Of a stretch of DNA of 64,000 nucleotides, positions 27,705 through 40,390 are shown in pieces. Under the pieces are notes generated by a model. The model saw nothing but the letters and a program-made list of their open reading frames with translations, made no database searches and was not told the DNA's origin. Each line of letters opens with the position of its first letter. The first letter of the stretch is position 1. The DNA is taken from the NCBI GenBank assembly GCA_043228905.1, contig JBHGNT010000020.1:12090001-12154000 (forward strand). Direction: 5' to 3'. Source of the DNA: Azolla caroliniana (lineage: Eukaryota > Plantae > Polypodiophyta). The position numbers were made by a program, and so were the translations under genes.

Positions 27705-29203
27705 ATTTTAGATGTCACACTTTCATGTGCATATATTGCTGACACTGTCACTTACGGGGTGTGCTTTTGTACTAAATATTGGATCATTCCATAAAAAAAG
27801 GTCAGTGTCTAACATGAAATGCTTTGCAAGTCGATGCCAGAGATCTAAACATGGGAGAAAGATGAAATGGTCTAGTAGATTATGGGGAACTAGATTTTAT
27901 AAAACAGTAGGAAGATGTACTGTTTTGTATACACCCCATAGTCAACAAATGAGGCATTGTGGGACTAATAAAGCATATCAATATAATACATGATTCCTTT
28001 AATGAAAAAACTGCAAATTGGAAGAGCCTAGAGGACACTATTATGGATGTAAATTTTGGGATCTGGGATGGATCTATACCCAAGATTGGTGCGAAAGTGG
28101 AAGGGTGGTTCCAAAGGATCTTATTAGCCCACTTCGCTCTTTCCTAAATACATTGTGTCCTACTCATCTACAATTTCTTAGAGTGACACCTTATCAACCC
28201 ATATGGTCGGATTGCACAGTAGCTACTCCTCATTTGGGGTGCTATCACAAAATATGCACTCTAATAAGAGTATATATGGGGATAAATTGACAACTTGGAA
28301 TTGATCATTGATTATATCTAACAGATATGCCATTCTGGCCTTATTGATTACTGCTCATAACTATATTGCCAAAGTGCATTTAAGAGAGGTTTGGAAAGAG
28401 TCCATGTTGCACACAGTTAAAAGCATCGTTCCGCATGCATCTGAATACAGCGAAGACATCCAACAACACTCATGAAATCAGTCAAATGCCCATCAAGAAT
28501 GAGATGCATCCATGTACTAAAAGTTCCTAAAACGTTTGAAGCATTGAAGCATATGGTGACAATAAAGTAAACAAGAAGGATCATGGTATTCACAAGTGAT
28601 TTAATTCAACAATAATGGCCTCAAGGTGAAATGTTCTCTAAAATGATGAATGATGAATGGAACAAGATATTGCAAAAGCATCTATGTCAACTCTATATCC
28701 AAAAGAACTGTATCATACCAAAGGAGCCTCTTAGCCCAAACCTACAACAAAGATCACTTCATGAACTTCTTAGAAGATGGCTCACGTATAAATCAAGGTA
28801 TATGGGCATCTACATACCCCATAGTGGTTGCACAACAATAGGCTAACTTAGAGTTTCTTCCCACCAACGTGAAATTGAAGCTACACAAACACTTCACATA
28901 CCTAGAGTTGATATATGTTGATAACTAGGGAGATTGAGAGAGAACATTTCAAGGAGTCACTATATATCCTTTGCTTAAGTGGGAAAATGAATAAAGAAAT
29001 TTGTATTTCAACTCTAATGTATTTACATTGGTCACAATAGCCAATGAATGATTTTACCCACGCCCACATCCATACATGAAAGATATTGAAAGAAATGGTT
29101 TGTGGACATTTCTTACTTGTGTTACGCCACTTTTTATCAAGGATATCATATTTCATTCGATCATCATCAAGGTTGCAAATCTCAACTATTACAATATTTA
29201 GCG

Positions 29204-29580
29204 ATCATGATACTACTCGCATGGTTACCTAACTTGCATTTTCAAGGTGGATGTCATTACCTTACTAATAATATTGGGATGGGTTTTACGTGCCTAGTGT
29301 TTAGACTCGACCATTATGTCACTATTGCTAATAGCCTTAATACTCCTGGTTGGAATTAAGGGTTCTAGGTTTGGTGTGTTAGAACTTAGTGATCATGATA
29401 CTACTCTCATGGTTACCTAACTTGCATTTTCAAGGTGGATGTCATTACCTTACTAATAATATTGGGATGGGTTTTATGTGCCTAGTGTTTAGACTCGACC
29501 ATTATGTCACTATTGCTAATAGCCTTAATACTCCTAGTTGGAATTAAGGGTTCTGGTTCTAGGTTTGGTGTGTTAGACTT
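29204..29580. repeat. Near-identical tandem duplication of ~188 bp
   Basis: atcatgatactactc(g/t)catggttacctaac... starts at 29204 and again at 29392. Confidence 0.9.
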
Positions 29581-29990
29581 AGCACTTGATTCTATTTGGA
29601 GTTCTTCGACATTGCTTACTCTATCTAAATGTATTCTTTAACACAAGAACATGTATGTTTCATCTTCCAAGAAAACATTGTCTTCAAAGGAACCAAATCA
29701 TAGTATTTTTAGAAGCATATACACCACTAACAATGAGGTCAAAGCCGTAAGTGCATTTATTTTATTATTGGTATTAATTCAAACCTCAACCACACAATCT
29801 AAATCGATTAATGCAAACACTATATTGTGCCCTTTTTTGTGAGTACTTCCAAGTTACGTTTCAAACACCAACGTGCATCTCTATTTGGACCTTATGTGTT
29901 GTTTTTTTTAATGAGGGGTTGGTTATGATTACATGCATTAAGCAATCGACTGACATAGAGAGTAATGGTGACGCAAGGTTTTATCTTTGA

Positions 29991-32900
29991 CTATACTAAC
30001 TTTGGTCTATATACGAAATAAGTTGAAGAGTCCCAGAGGTCAATAAGAGTCCATGGACTTTCCAATTGCAAACGCTCATGTAAAGCTTTGTCGAGGTCAG
30101 TTGATTCTCTTAGGAGTCCTTCCAAACTAAAAGCCAATGCCCCTAGAGACAATAAGAAAGTGTTGATCAATGCATCCTCCATGTTGGAAGAAGTGGGGGT
30201 AGCAACACTAGTTTGATGACCCACTTGAGCTACAAGCTTGCGGAAGATGACCTCGAACTCTTCCATCAAGAAGCCCGGTTTCGGTGGATCCATCCTCGGA
30301 AATGTGAATTGGACAATGTTGTTGTTGTTGTTGTTGTTGTTGGTACCCTCGTGTTTCCCGTCCACCACCGGCTTACCGAGGTCTCCCCCGGGTTTAACAA
30401 TGTGTCCTTGGAGAGCTTGCTCGAGGAACTCGAGCAATGGGATAAGCCTCTCTTCCACCACGCGCACGCACGGGGCGAGCGCATCCTGGAGCTCTCCCTC
30501 TCTGGGGTGCGACATCCCGGCATTGACAATGGTATCATATGCACGCACGCCGAAGTGCAGATGGTCGAGCATGCGGGCCATGGCATTGATTATCTTGGAG
30601 TAGGCGTTCTCGGGGAAGGCGGAGAACCAGAAGCGGGGCTCCTCGGCCGCCTCTTTCACGAGCACGGAGAGCCGCGTGCACAAGCCCTTCATCGCCTTCT
30701 CCCGCGCCTTGGAGTCGGACACGGACGCAGCGCGGCAATTCCCACACCGCGGCTCGGAGAGCGCGGACAACACGGCCGAGGTGTGGGCCTTGAGCTTGGC
30801 GAGGGCCGGGACGAGCTCGGCCTTCACAAGGGACGAGGCCTGGCTCGGCAGCACGAGGAGCTCCACGACGATGAAGCTGGCCATCCCGAGGAAGGCCTCG
30901 ACGATCCGGACAACCGTGAAGTCTTCCTCACTCGAGTCTTTCTCCGAGGTGTGCGCGAGGATGACGATCGCGCCCGTGAAGGCGGACACGGCGCCCGCAT
31001 AGCCGTATAGCTTGCTTCGCCTCAGGAAGCTCGTGAGCACGACCCACGGGACCAATGCCGCCATGCGGACGAAGCCCGGGAAGCTCTTGGTGGCCAGGAC
31101 AACGAGGAGGCCGTAGATGGAGCCGGCCACCGTGCCTTGGGCACGAAGTGTCGCGCTCTTGAAGGAGCCTCCTTTGGAAGCACCAGTGAAGCCTAGGCCC
31201 AGTGTAATGTCTGCCCAGTAGCCTTTGTCTCTGCTGAACCATGACCCCAAGAATGCCCCCATTGCCATGGCCAAGCTCATCTTGAATGCCGTCCGCAATT
31301 GCTGCGAATCGATCCTCTTTCCGAACCAGTGCTTCCATCGAAGAAAGCACCCGTCGATCCATCCCCTCGGCTTCATGATTCCCTGCTCTTCATGCTGAAA
31401 TGGCTGCAATAATCCCATAGCACTATAACAATACTTGCATGATCTCTGATTCTCCATGAGCCTAGGGTTTAAATGGGGAACCTCGGGGATGTGGATTTCC
31501 ACCATGCCCTGCACTTGTGCATATCTATGCTTTCTGGTGCTTGCATCTTCCATTTTTACACCATTTTGCTCCACCACAGTTGCCTTGCCTGCCATGGCAA
31601 GGATGCCCTCCGTCTCCTCCAAGAATTTCTCCAGATTGAAGAGGAAGAACAAGGCAGAGGAAGAGACTTTCCGGAAATCGGTGTCCATCGAGCCTACTTC
31701 GCAATCATCGATGCCGCGAAAGCTTTCCCCACCGAGGTCATCGGATGCCATATATGCTAGCTTCTGTCTCGCAGTACTCAGTTTCTCGCTAAACGAAGCT
31801 AGAGCTTCCCTCCCTTCATCCATAATCAACTGCATATGATTCGAGGTCTTCCATCGGTTCTCGCTTGCATGCCTCAACGCGAGGCATGCCCAATCTGTAA
31901 GATAAATCAAGCAGTCTTTGAGCATATAGTGCAGCATTCGCTTCGAAGATGACCTTAAATCCGATGCGAGAGCGCATTCCATTCCGATCAAATGCTCTTT
32001 GAGCCTCTTTAGACCCTTTATGAGATTCATAAGGTTTTCGGAGAATCCGGGAAGCTCCCATCCTAGGTCGCTCTGTCCGAATACATTAATTCAAGTAGCA
32101 TTATTTATGTGTTAAGCTCCTGGTTATGGCATATACCAGACAGGTCACATGAAAGCAATCAACTAAATAGAAAACTTATGTGTTCAAGTAGCATTATGTG
32201 TTAAGCTCCTGGTTATTGTTGAAACTAACTCTAATATTAATAAAAACTAACAGTTTAGATAGCAAAATATGTACAAGTTCATAATTTAAACCCTAAACCC
32301 TATTTTGTAATTTCTTACCCCTGTTTTGATCTCCTTCCTTGGAAGTTATAATCCTTACAGTTATGGTATACCAGACAGGGCACATGAAAGCAAGCAACTA
32401 AACAGGAAATTTTACAGAATTCGATTGAGAGAACTCACCTCTTTCGAAATGATCTCTGCATCTATGGTTGAACCTATTTTGGCTAGTGATTGTGCTTGCA
32501 GATTCAGAGACAACCCCTTGACCAAATCATTGACACAAAATGCATCCACCATGGTTCTCAGCCTTTCGGATATTACACGAGTCGACAGCTTCAATTGCGA
32601 TTGGACCTGATTTTAAACCAGACAACAAAAAAAATGCAACGAAACGGATCAAGACATGTTACTCGGGCATTGCTCGGAAGTTTAGACATGAAAAATGGTA
32701 TAATGACACGATGGCAGATCAAGACATGTTTGTTACTCAGGATTCCTCAGAATTTAGACATGAAAAATGGTATTAAGGAAACATGTCGGATCAAGACATG
32801 TTACACAGAATTGCTTGGAATTTAGACATGAAAAATAGTATAAGGAAACATGTCGGATCAAGACAAGTTACTCGGCATTCCTCAGAATTTAGACATGAAA

Positions 32901-33626
32901 AATGGTATAAGGAAACGATGTCGGATCAAGACAAGTTACTCGGCATTGCTCGGAATTTAGACATGAAAAACGGTATAAGGAAACGATGTTGGATCAAGAC
33001 AAGCTACTCGGCATTGCTTGAAATTTAAACATGAAAAATGGTATGAAAATTCAAAGAGAGAGAGAGAGAGATTGAGGATGACTAGCCTGAAACATTGCCA
33101 AGTGAGGAACTGGCAAGAGGAGTGCCACCATGCCACTGATAGCTCCCACCATGGTGGTTCCCCCGAGCTTCAAAGGGAATGAGACGACCTCCATATCCCC
33201 TCGCCGAATGGACGCAGTCACATACAAAATGGCGCTATGCGCGAGCGCAACACGTTTCGATATGATGAGTGTATTCTTCGGATAAACAATGACAAAGGAG
33301 CTGAGTGAGATCCATAGAATGGCCACACCCAAGGTTATGTTCTCAGCTCCAATGGCTTGGAACACTAGCATTGCCATGCCACAACCTTGGACCGTGCCGA
33401 TCAGCACCCCGACCGTGTCTTGGAAGGCCTTTCCGAATGTCGACTCCCCTACCACCGTGACCGCCATGACATACGCAAAGATGGGGAAAGTGAACCAATG
33501 TACATGCATGCTCCCCAGCTGCAGCACCAAACCAGTCAGGAAACAGCCGAAGGCTGTCCGGAACGCGACATTCAACCTCGTCCGCCAAAACACTTTCTCG
33601 TGCATCGACGGTCTTGATTTAAACAT
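29991..33626 (-). CDS. Aromatic acid exporter / FUSC-family (ALMT-related) membrane protein, At2g28780-like, 3 exons
   Basis: Exons 33626-33087, 32606-32439 and 32072-29991, in frame. Motifs WRTRLNVAFRTAFGC, ESTFGKAFQD, KRVALAHSAILYV, GGSFKSATLRAQGTVAGSIYG, RRSKLYGYAGAVSAFTGAIVIL and EAAEEPRFW. The start codon is uncertain. Confidence 0.88.
32630..33045. repeat. 68-bp minisatellite (~6 copies) in intron 1 of the FUSC-family gene
   Basis: tttagacatgaaaaa (slightly variable) recurs at 32681, 32753, 32821, 32888, 32956 and 33024. Confidence 0.92.
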
Positions 33627-36600
33627 TGTTTCGTGATCTCGTCGGGTCGGGGTTCCGATCACTGGCCTTTTGCCAATGTAAAAATACAAACAAACAAACC
33701 TCGTCAACAACATCAAGCAAACAACATTCACATTGTGATACCATAAGAAGTCCTAGACCCGCCCATTTTGACAAGCATGAACTTACATATGCCTAGGAAC
33801 AAGATTGTCAATAATTACTTAGGTACAAAGTTACCACCCTAAGCACCAACCCAAAGAAACAAATGGAAAATTTTAATCTATATGCCTTAGATTTGGTATA
33901 ACCAACACAACGCGACATGTTGAATGATTCTAGAAGAATGTCAATCACCCACATTAAACAAGGACGGGGCATATATCAACCAGCGATCACAATCTAGGCA
34001 AGGTTGAGTCCGCCCATAGTATTGCTTACGTGACAAGAGACAACACGCTAAAACCCCATGGTAGGACTTATATTTAAGAAATGAAAGAAAACAAGATTGA
34101 ATTACCTTCACCCAGGTAGTGGAAAACCACCCGAATTTGTAGTAATTTCTTGTTACAAGGGGACAAGGGACATGTGGTGAAAGGGGAGCAATGATCACAT
34201 GATCAATGAAAAAACCAATGTGTTCTATGAGTTATATATATTATAGCCAAAGCTAAGAAACACAAAGAAAAGCACGGTGTGTGTAGTCCATTTATAAGTA
34301 ATGGTTCTGTCAAAGTTGCATTGCTAAATTTGCAATCGGGCTTGTGTTGTACGCCATCGTAGTAGTAGCATGGGCCCAATCCAATACCAAGACAAGAGGA
34401 GTTATATTATATTCTTCAACGACAACAATTGAAACTTTACATGCACAACGACAATACTATGTGTGTGAGCTTCCTCTCTTTGTTGAGTGAAGGACACAAC
34501 CTATTCTAGGTTCGCAAAGTTTTGACCACACCAGGTTCATGAAAAGGACACCAATTTAAGTTGTATGCTCTTATTGGAAACACCATTATTGGAGGGTGAT
34601 GTGTGGTAATATGCCTCACAAGTAGTGTACCAAGTTGAGGAGTTTGTGGGATATTATTAGATTATACGCAAAAAATGATCTAAAGCTAATATATTGAAAG
34701 AGGGCCACTAAGTAAGTAATTTGTGGGAGGCCCTCATGAGAATGAGCACAAATTCTATGGAATGATCATGATGAATTTGAGATGGATTTGTATATTATGC
34801 CTAATAGTAATTTTGTAGTTATCTTTCTTGATGTTTATCATGTTGTTGATATGGTTGCTCCAGTGAAAGTAATATACATATATATTAAAACAATGTGACA
34901 ATACAAAAAACCTTTTTTGTCCCTACTATATAATAGAGACGATCTTATTGCCCTCTCTCCCTCTTCCTCTCATACTAGGATATAATGACATTATGCACAT
35001 GTGGTGATACATGTCACTGATGTTGATCATAGGTATATTAAGTAGGTATTGATTATCATATCATTGATATTCTATATGAGAATGAGATCAACACTTTTGT
35101 AGAGCATTTTGAGTGGATGATGTTTCTGGTGTGGTAGAAAGGAATAATAGTTGCTGCCAACATTAAAGGAACCCAATTAACAAGCTTGATTTCAATGCTC
35201 ATTCCATGTACAAATTATATAGTTGAATTTGTTAAAACCATAATACATTAGAGTGTTCTAGTACAACAAAGGATCAAAATCAATTATTCATGATAATCAA
35301 TCAAATATTAAGGTAAAGAATGGTTTAAGGGTGCTTAAGCATGCCAATCACCCTTGAAAGGACAAATGGAAAAACCCATCCATGTCCCATGCCACTAAAT
35401 ATGATCTTATGTTAAACCTTGGAAGTTGAGATGAATATTTATCCTTATAATGAGATATTGCCTCCCCAATAGAGTCTCAACAATGTCCAAGTAATGAGGG
35501 AGGTAATTGGCCCCTTCCTAAGGCTTGACTCACAAAGTTTCCACTACGCCACATGTTCCCATGTCACCTAAGAGGGATACTTTGATATATTCTTGAAATC
35601 TTCGTGTACTATGGCCATTTTTTAAAAGTTAAAGATATCTTTGTGTTTTGTCCTTATATTTGACCTGTGCCTCATGGTAGAATGACAATATGCATAAAAT
35701 GCCTACGAAGATGTTCTGTATATGTGTAACAAGTTGATTACGTGTTGACATGTTGTGAAGTCTATGTAAAAGGTGTGTGGGTCACATGCACGAGAATTTA
35801 TGAAAAAATCCAATGGTACTTATATAAGTTTTTTTTTCATTAAAAAATGGACTTTAAACACCATATCCAAAACATATGAAACTTTAGATATATAAGAAAG
35901 GAACATAGAAATTGTCTTATTGCACGAGTAATGGGGTTTATCACTCTTTGTGTGAGCCAAGTTTTGTTCTAAAACTATAGTTAAGTGTACTATAAACTTC
36001 ATAATCCCAAATTTATTTCATGTCGTGTTTTTTAGCATTCTTGATATTGTTTATCATGGGCATGGGGAGTGAGCCAACCCTAAAGCAACATTCTTTCACA
36101 TCATCTATCCATTATCTCTTAATCTAGCTTAAGTGCATAAATATACCAACCTAGCATACGTCAAATGAAGAAGATAAATGAGATATGTAGATGTGATAAT
36201 TGACAAAACAAAGCCAAATTATACTTTATACCGATCTAGTTCTCCCATTTTGGATTTTAATTCCTAGCAATAAAAGGATTGAGAGGATTTGTTTGCCAAT
36301 GCGAATACCCAAATCCCCGTGAGGCGTGACTATTTCATCAAACAACCGTCGTTGAAGGAGTGTTTTACCAACAACCAAACGTGACACAAAATCTCTTTGC
36401 CAACTTTTTTTGTCTAGCCTCTCAGTCGGTCAAAAGCCCATAGGATGTTGGTAGAAATACAATTCCCATACCTCCTAATATTTTTGGAATTCCCCGATGA
36501 TCCAAATATACTTTCAATCCAGGTACAAAAGATAAAAAAAACTCCACTAATTGACATGAGAAACCAAATCAAGAATAGATGTGGTTTGAGTGAGATCCTT

Positions 36601-37449
36601 GATGGCAATACAAGTCTTCACCGCTTCTTTCAAAATGCTTATCCTGCAAAAAAAATACTAGTGTAATACACCATGCACGTGATGGTCAATCCATGGTCAT
36701 TAAATTAAATCCTCTTTAGTCAATGCAAACAATAGCGGCATAGCTCTTGGAAAAATAATACAATCAAAGCTTCGCGTAAATACTTGAATAAATGGAGGCA
36801 CCTCTTTATCATACAGACACTTTGATATTCATGTAATAGTCAAGTAAATCAAAGCAGATTCTAGAACCCTTAATTGTATCACATGGCCAAGTATCCTCTA
36901 ATGTTTTTTATTTCCATCAAGTTTACTCTACACACCTCTCTTATTTGTCAAATGTTTGTGAAGAAACACAAACAGCTTATCATGATTTACATGAACTCAT
37001 TGAAATTGTAATGCCAAGCTCATCATTGAACAAAAAATGCATAAGGAACCTCAATTACTATGAGTTCAAAAGTTGTATATGCATAGATATCCAAAGATCT
37101 TCTAAGGTGGCTCCCTAACCTCACCTTCAAATCCCCCCCCCCCCCCCCGCCACACACACACACATCAGAATTCCGCATGGCCCGCACCAAATCCCAACAT
37201 GCAAGTTCTTGCCCTAAATCGAAAATCAACATGCTCCAAACTTGAATATTTCCTCTTGTCCTTTGTTTGTGTGTAATGCCCATCCACCTAACTATCTGTC
37301 TAGACTCTAGCCTCTCAAAGCCCCAACAAAACAAATCATACACCCTACACACACACACACACACACATATCAAGTAACTTTATGTCCCACCTCTTATAAA
37401 CCCCAACAAAATGTTGTCCGCCCTCTCCTTTTTCCTATTGCACACAACA

Positions 37450-39750
37450 TCTACCACGGAAAAAACTTAAGTCTGAAAAGGTTTGTAGATTCCCTTTAGA
37501 GACTTAAGTCTTAATATTAGGATGATATGGGAAGGGATATCATCATTACCTTCCCTTAGAATTATGTCTTTTGTAGGTGAAATGGATGGTGTGTTATTAT
37601 AACTATCCTTGAATAGAATTATGAAAGCCACTTTATTCTTTGCGCATGGAATGAACATACTAGGAAGTGTTTATGCCTTTGTCCTACATCTAGAACACTC
37701 ATATTCTTTTTTAGCATTGTCAACCTTTCTGGTGGATTGATAAACGCTTGAGCCAATTTGTCAAATGATCTATGCCAATACTAGTAAAGTATTGGGCCAT
37801 GTTATAACTTCTTCTTTTTTCTAAACAAGATATCCTTCCATTAGTTTAAAAAAGCATATCTACTACAAAATAAAACCCACTTATTTTACAAAAATGAGAG
37901 ATGAATTGGGAGATATATAGCCTCCACTATGTGACTTTCAACATACATGCTTGACATCAGTGCATATCCTACTATTGTATTAGGATCCAATTTCATAGCT
38001 TCATTCAAGCACAATTTCCCCTATCTATATTGCCAAAGCATGTACATGCTATCAATAAGGTAAACTGACTACACACATTTGTTGCCCAAATGTTTTAAAG
38101 CTGAAAAACCTTCACTATTCCGCACATACCCAGAAATCATTGCGTTGTAAGACACCACATCTCGATTATGTTGCAAGACAATGAATGTTTGAACCTAAAA
38201 TCCATTAGTGAGTGAACCACTTTATACTCAAAATCTTTGATTTTAGATCCTTTCATGAGAGGATAGGGACTTGATTTTTTGAACCTCCTCATGTACCCAC
38301 CACATGTAAGCTTTAAGAAGCTAGGGACCACAAAATCTAGATAACATATGTTATATCTTTGTCCCATTGTTGAATCTAATTCAAATGAGTTTTACATTTC
38401 ATTCTTAGCCTAGAACTAGCTTGATCTTGGAGGCCTATATACTTTAGTTTTGAAACTTGTTTGCTCTTATTGTGCTCGACATATGCTTCACACATACAAT
38501 AGGATACCATATGGAATCCGTGTAACAAGACAACAATTGGTCCTTTGTGTACTTTGATAGACTTTATGTACAACTTGTTGATTTTATGCTCCCCACACAG
38601 GCTTGACAATACTTATTCCCTTGGGAACAAACTCTCGACAGTCAATAATAGTTTTTGTTGAGAGGGATGTTCTAGAAATGATTATGATCTTTGATGTTGA
38701 AGGAAAATAATTGGGCCCAATCCTCCATAGAGCTCATCACAACTCCAAGGATCTGTTTAGCAATCAGTTTGGAAGACCGCTAGAAATTAGGAATTCTTAC
38801 TCTTAGATTCTTGTGGAGTTTGGGAATACATCCAACTTTGGGATTGTAAAATCATTCCCTAGAAAAGGTAGTTCTTGCATATCCTTCCAATCTGTTTCAT
38901 TATAGTGTCAAAGACAACACGAGATACAAACTTGTTTTAGGACCACCATTTGATCAACCATGCTTACTTTCCTACTTTGCAAATGCTCGTTTCTCTTCCT
39001 CAATCTCACAATGACCTAATCCCATATGGGGTTTTTAATGATATTATCGCTCATACATCACAAAAAGTTAAATATATGGTTCGTTTAGGGATAGTGTTTG
39101 CACACTTTTTCTATAAAACCAAGTGGATGGATCTTCAAGAAGATATCTTGTTTGTGTTTTTGTTGTGATTGATTTTGACGCATGAGGCCATATAAATGTG
39201 TTCAAGCCATTCCCAATATATTTCTTGAGAGATACCTCATTGTTCTTCACTAACCCATTTGTATCATTAGCAAAGAGTTGAAATCATATTTACGTATATT
39301 TTGGTTATCTGACAAATGTGGTACTTCCAACGCATATATGTTATATATTGAGTTAACTAGCTACTTTAGTCCAAATACATCGATTGAAAAGTGGTAATTA
39401 TTGGTGTTCATTTGAACATACTAGTAGTAGCATTGTGATAAATTCTATTGGTGAAATCAATAACATCTAGGCCATGGAGATATTGGTGAAAACCCACATG
39501 TTTAGCATATGCTTTGTCAAATTCAATTTTGGTAGACACATAGTCTTGATTAGTTTCAGACAAAGATTCAAGTCCTTTTATCGAGGCTATGATCTTAGTA
39601 AGTCCGTTTTGTAAAACCCATTATATCCATCCACACACTCTTTTGTGTGCCCAAGTGGAGTGAGTCGACATGACTGGAGCTACATCGGCAAAGGCTACAC
39701 ATCTTCTTATCCACACAATCGTGAGATATATAATATCGAAATCATATGTT
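37450..39750 (-). mobile_element. Highly degenerate L1-type LINE reverse-transcriptase remnant
   Basis: Minus-strand remnants TKIEFDKAYA (~39500-39535; compare KxDFxKAYD) and QLFANDT (~39260-39280; compare QFADDT) occur in the correct order. Boundaries are approximate. Confidence 0.55.
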
Positions 39751-39759
39751 GGAATATCG

Positions 39760-40315
39760 TCAACAGTTCGGCTTAACCGGTCAGGGAGTTCTCAAATTTG
39801 AACCGGACTTATCACGGTTAACCGGTAAACCAACAAGGCCAAACTGGTTAAGCCTTAACTGGTTTGGGAGTTCTCAAATTTGAACCGAACTTATCCCTAA
39901 ACCGGGTAAGGGTTAACCAGTAAACCGACAAGGCTAAACCGGTTAAGCCTTAACCGGTTTGGGAGTTCTCAAATTTGAATTGAACTTATCCCTAAACCGG
40001 GTAAGGGTTGACCGGTAAACCAACAAGGCCAAACCGGTTAAGCCTTAACCGGTTTGGGAGTTCTCACATTTGAACCGGACGGATCCCTAAACCGGGTGAG
40101 GGTTAACTGGTAAACCGACAAGGCCAGACCGGTTAAGCCTCAATCGGTTTGGGAGTTCTCAAATTTGAACTGAACCGATTGCTAAACCGGGTAAGGGTTA
40201 ATCGGTAAGCCGACAAGGCCAAACTGGTTAAGCTTTAGCCGGTTCGGGAGTTCTCAAATTTCAACCGAATCGATCCCAAAACCGGGTAAGGGGTAACCGG
40301 TTTGGCTAAGCCGGT
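39760..40315. repeat. 95-bp AACCGG-rich tandem array derived from a MITE, directly upstream of the GGCT gene
   Basis: gggagttctc recurs at 39784, 39866, 39961, 40056, 40151 and 40246. The left end (caacagttcgg) matches the MITE at 16384. Confidence 0.88.
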
Positions 40316-40390
40316 AAAAAAGAAAAGGAATGAAGAAAACAGAGAACAGACTTCCCCTGTCTCTGCACAGTGCAGAGCAAGCTGCGAGCG

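Noticed and set aside
30213-31839. Long ORFs antisense to the FUSC-family gene
   Set aside because: They are shadows of a GC-rich coding exon and carry no independent motifs.
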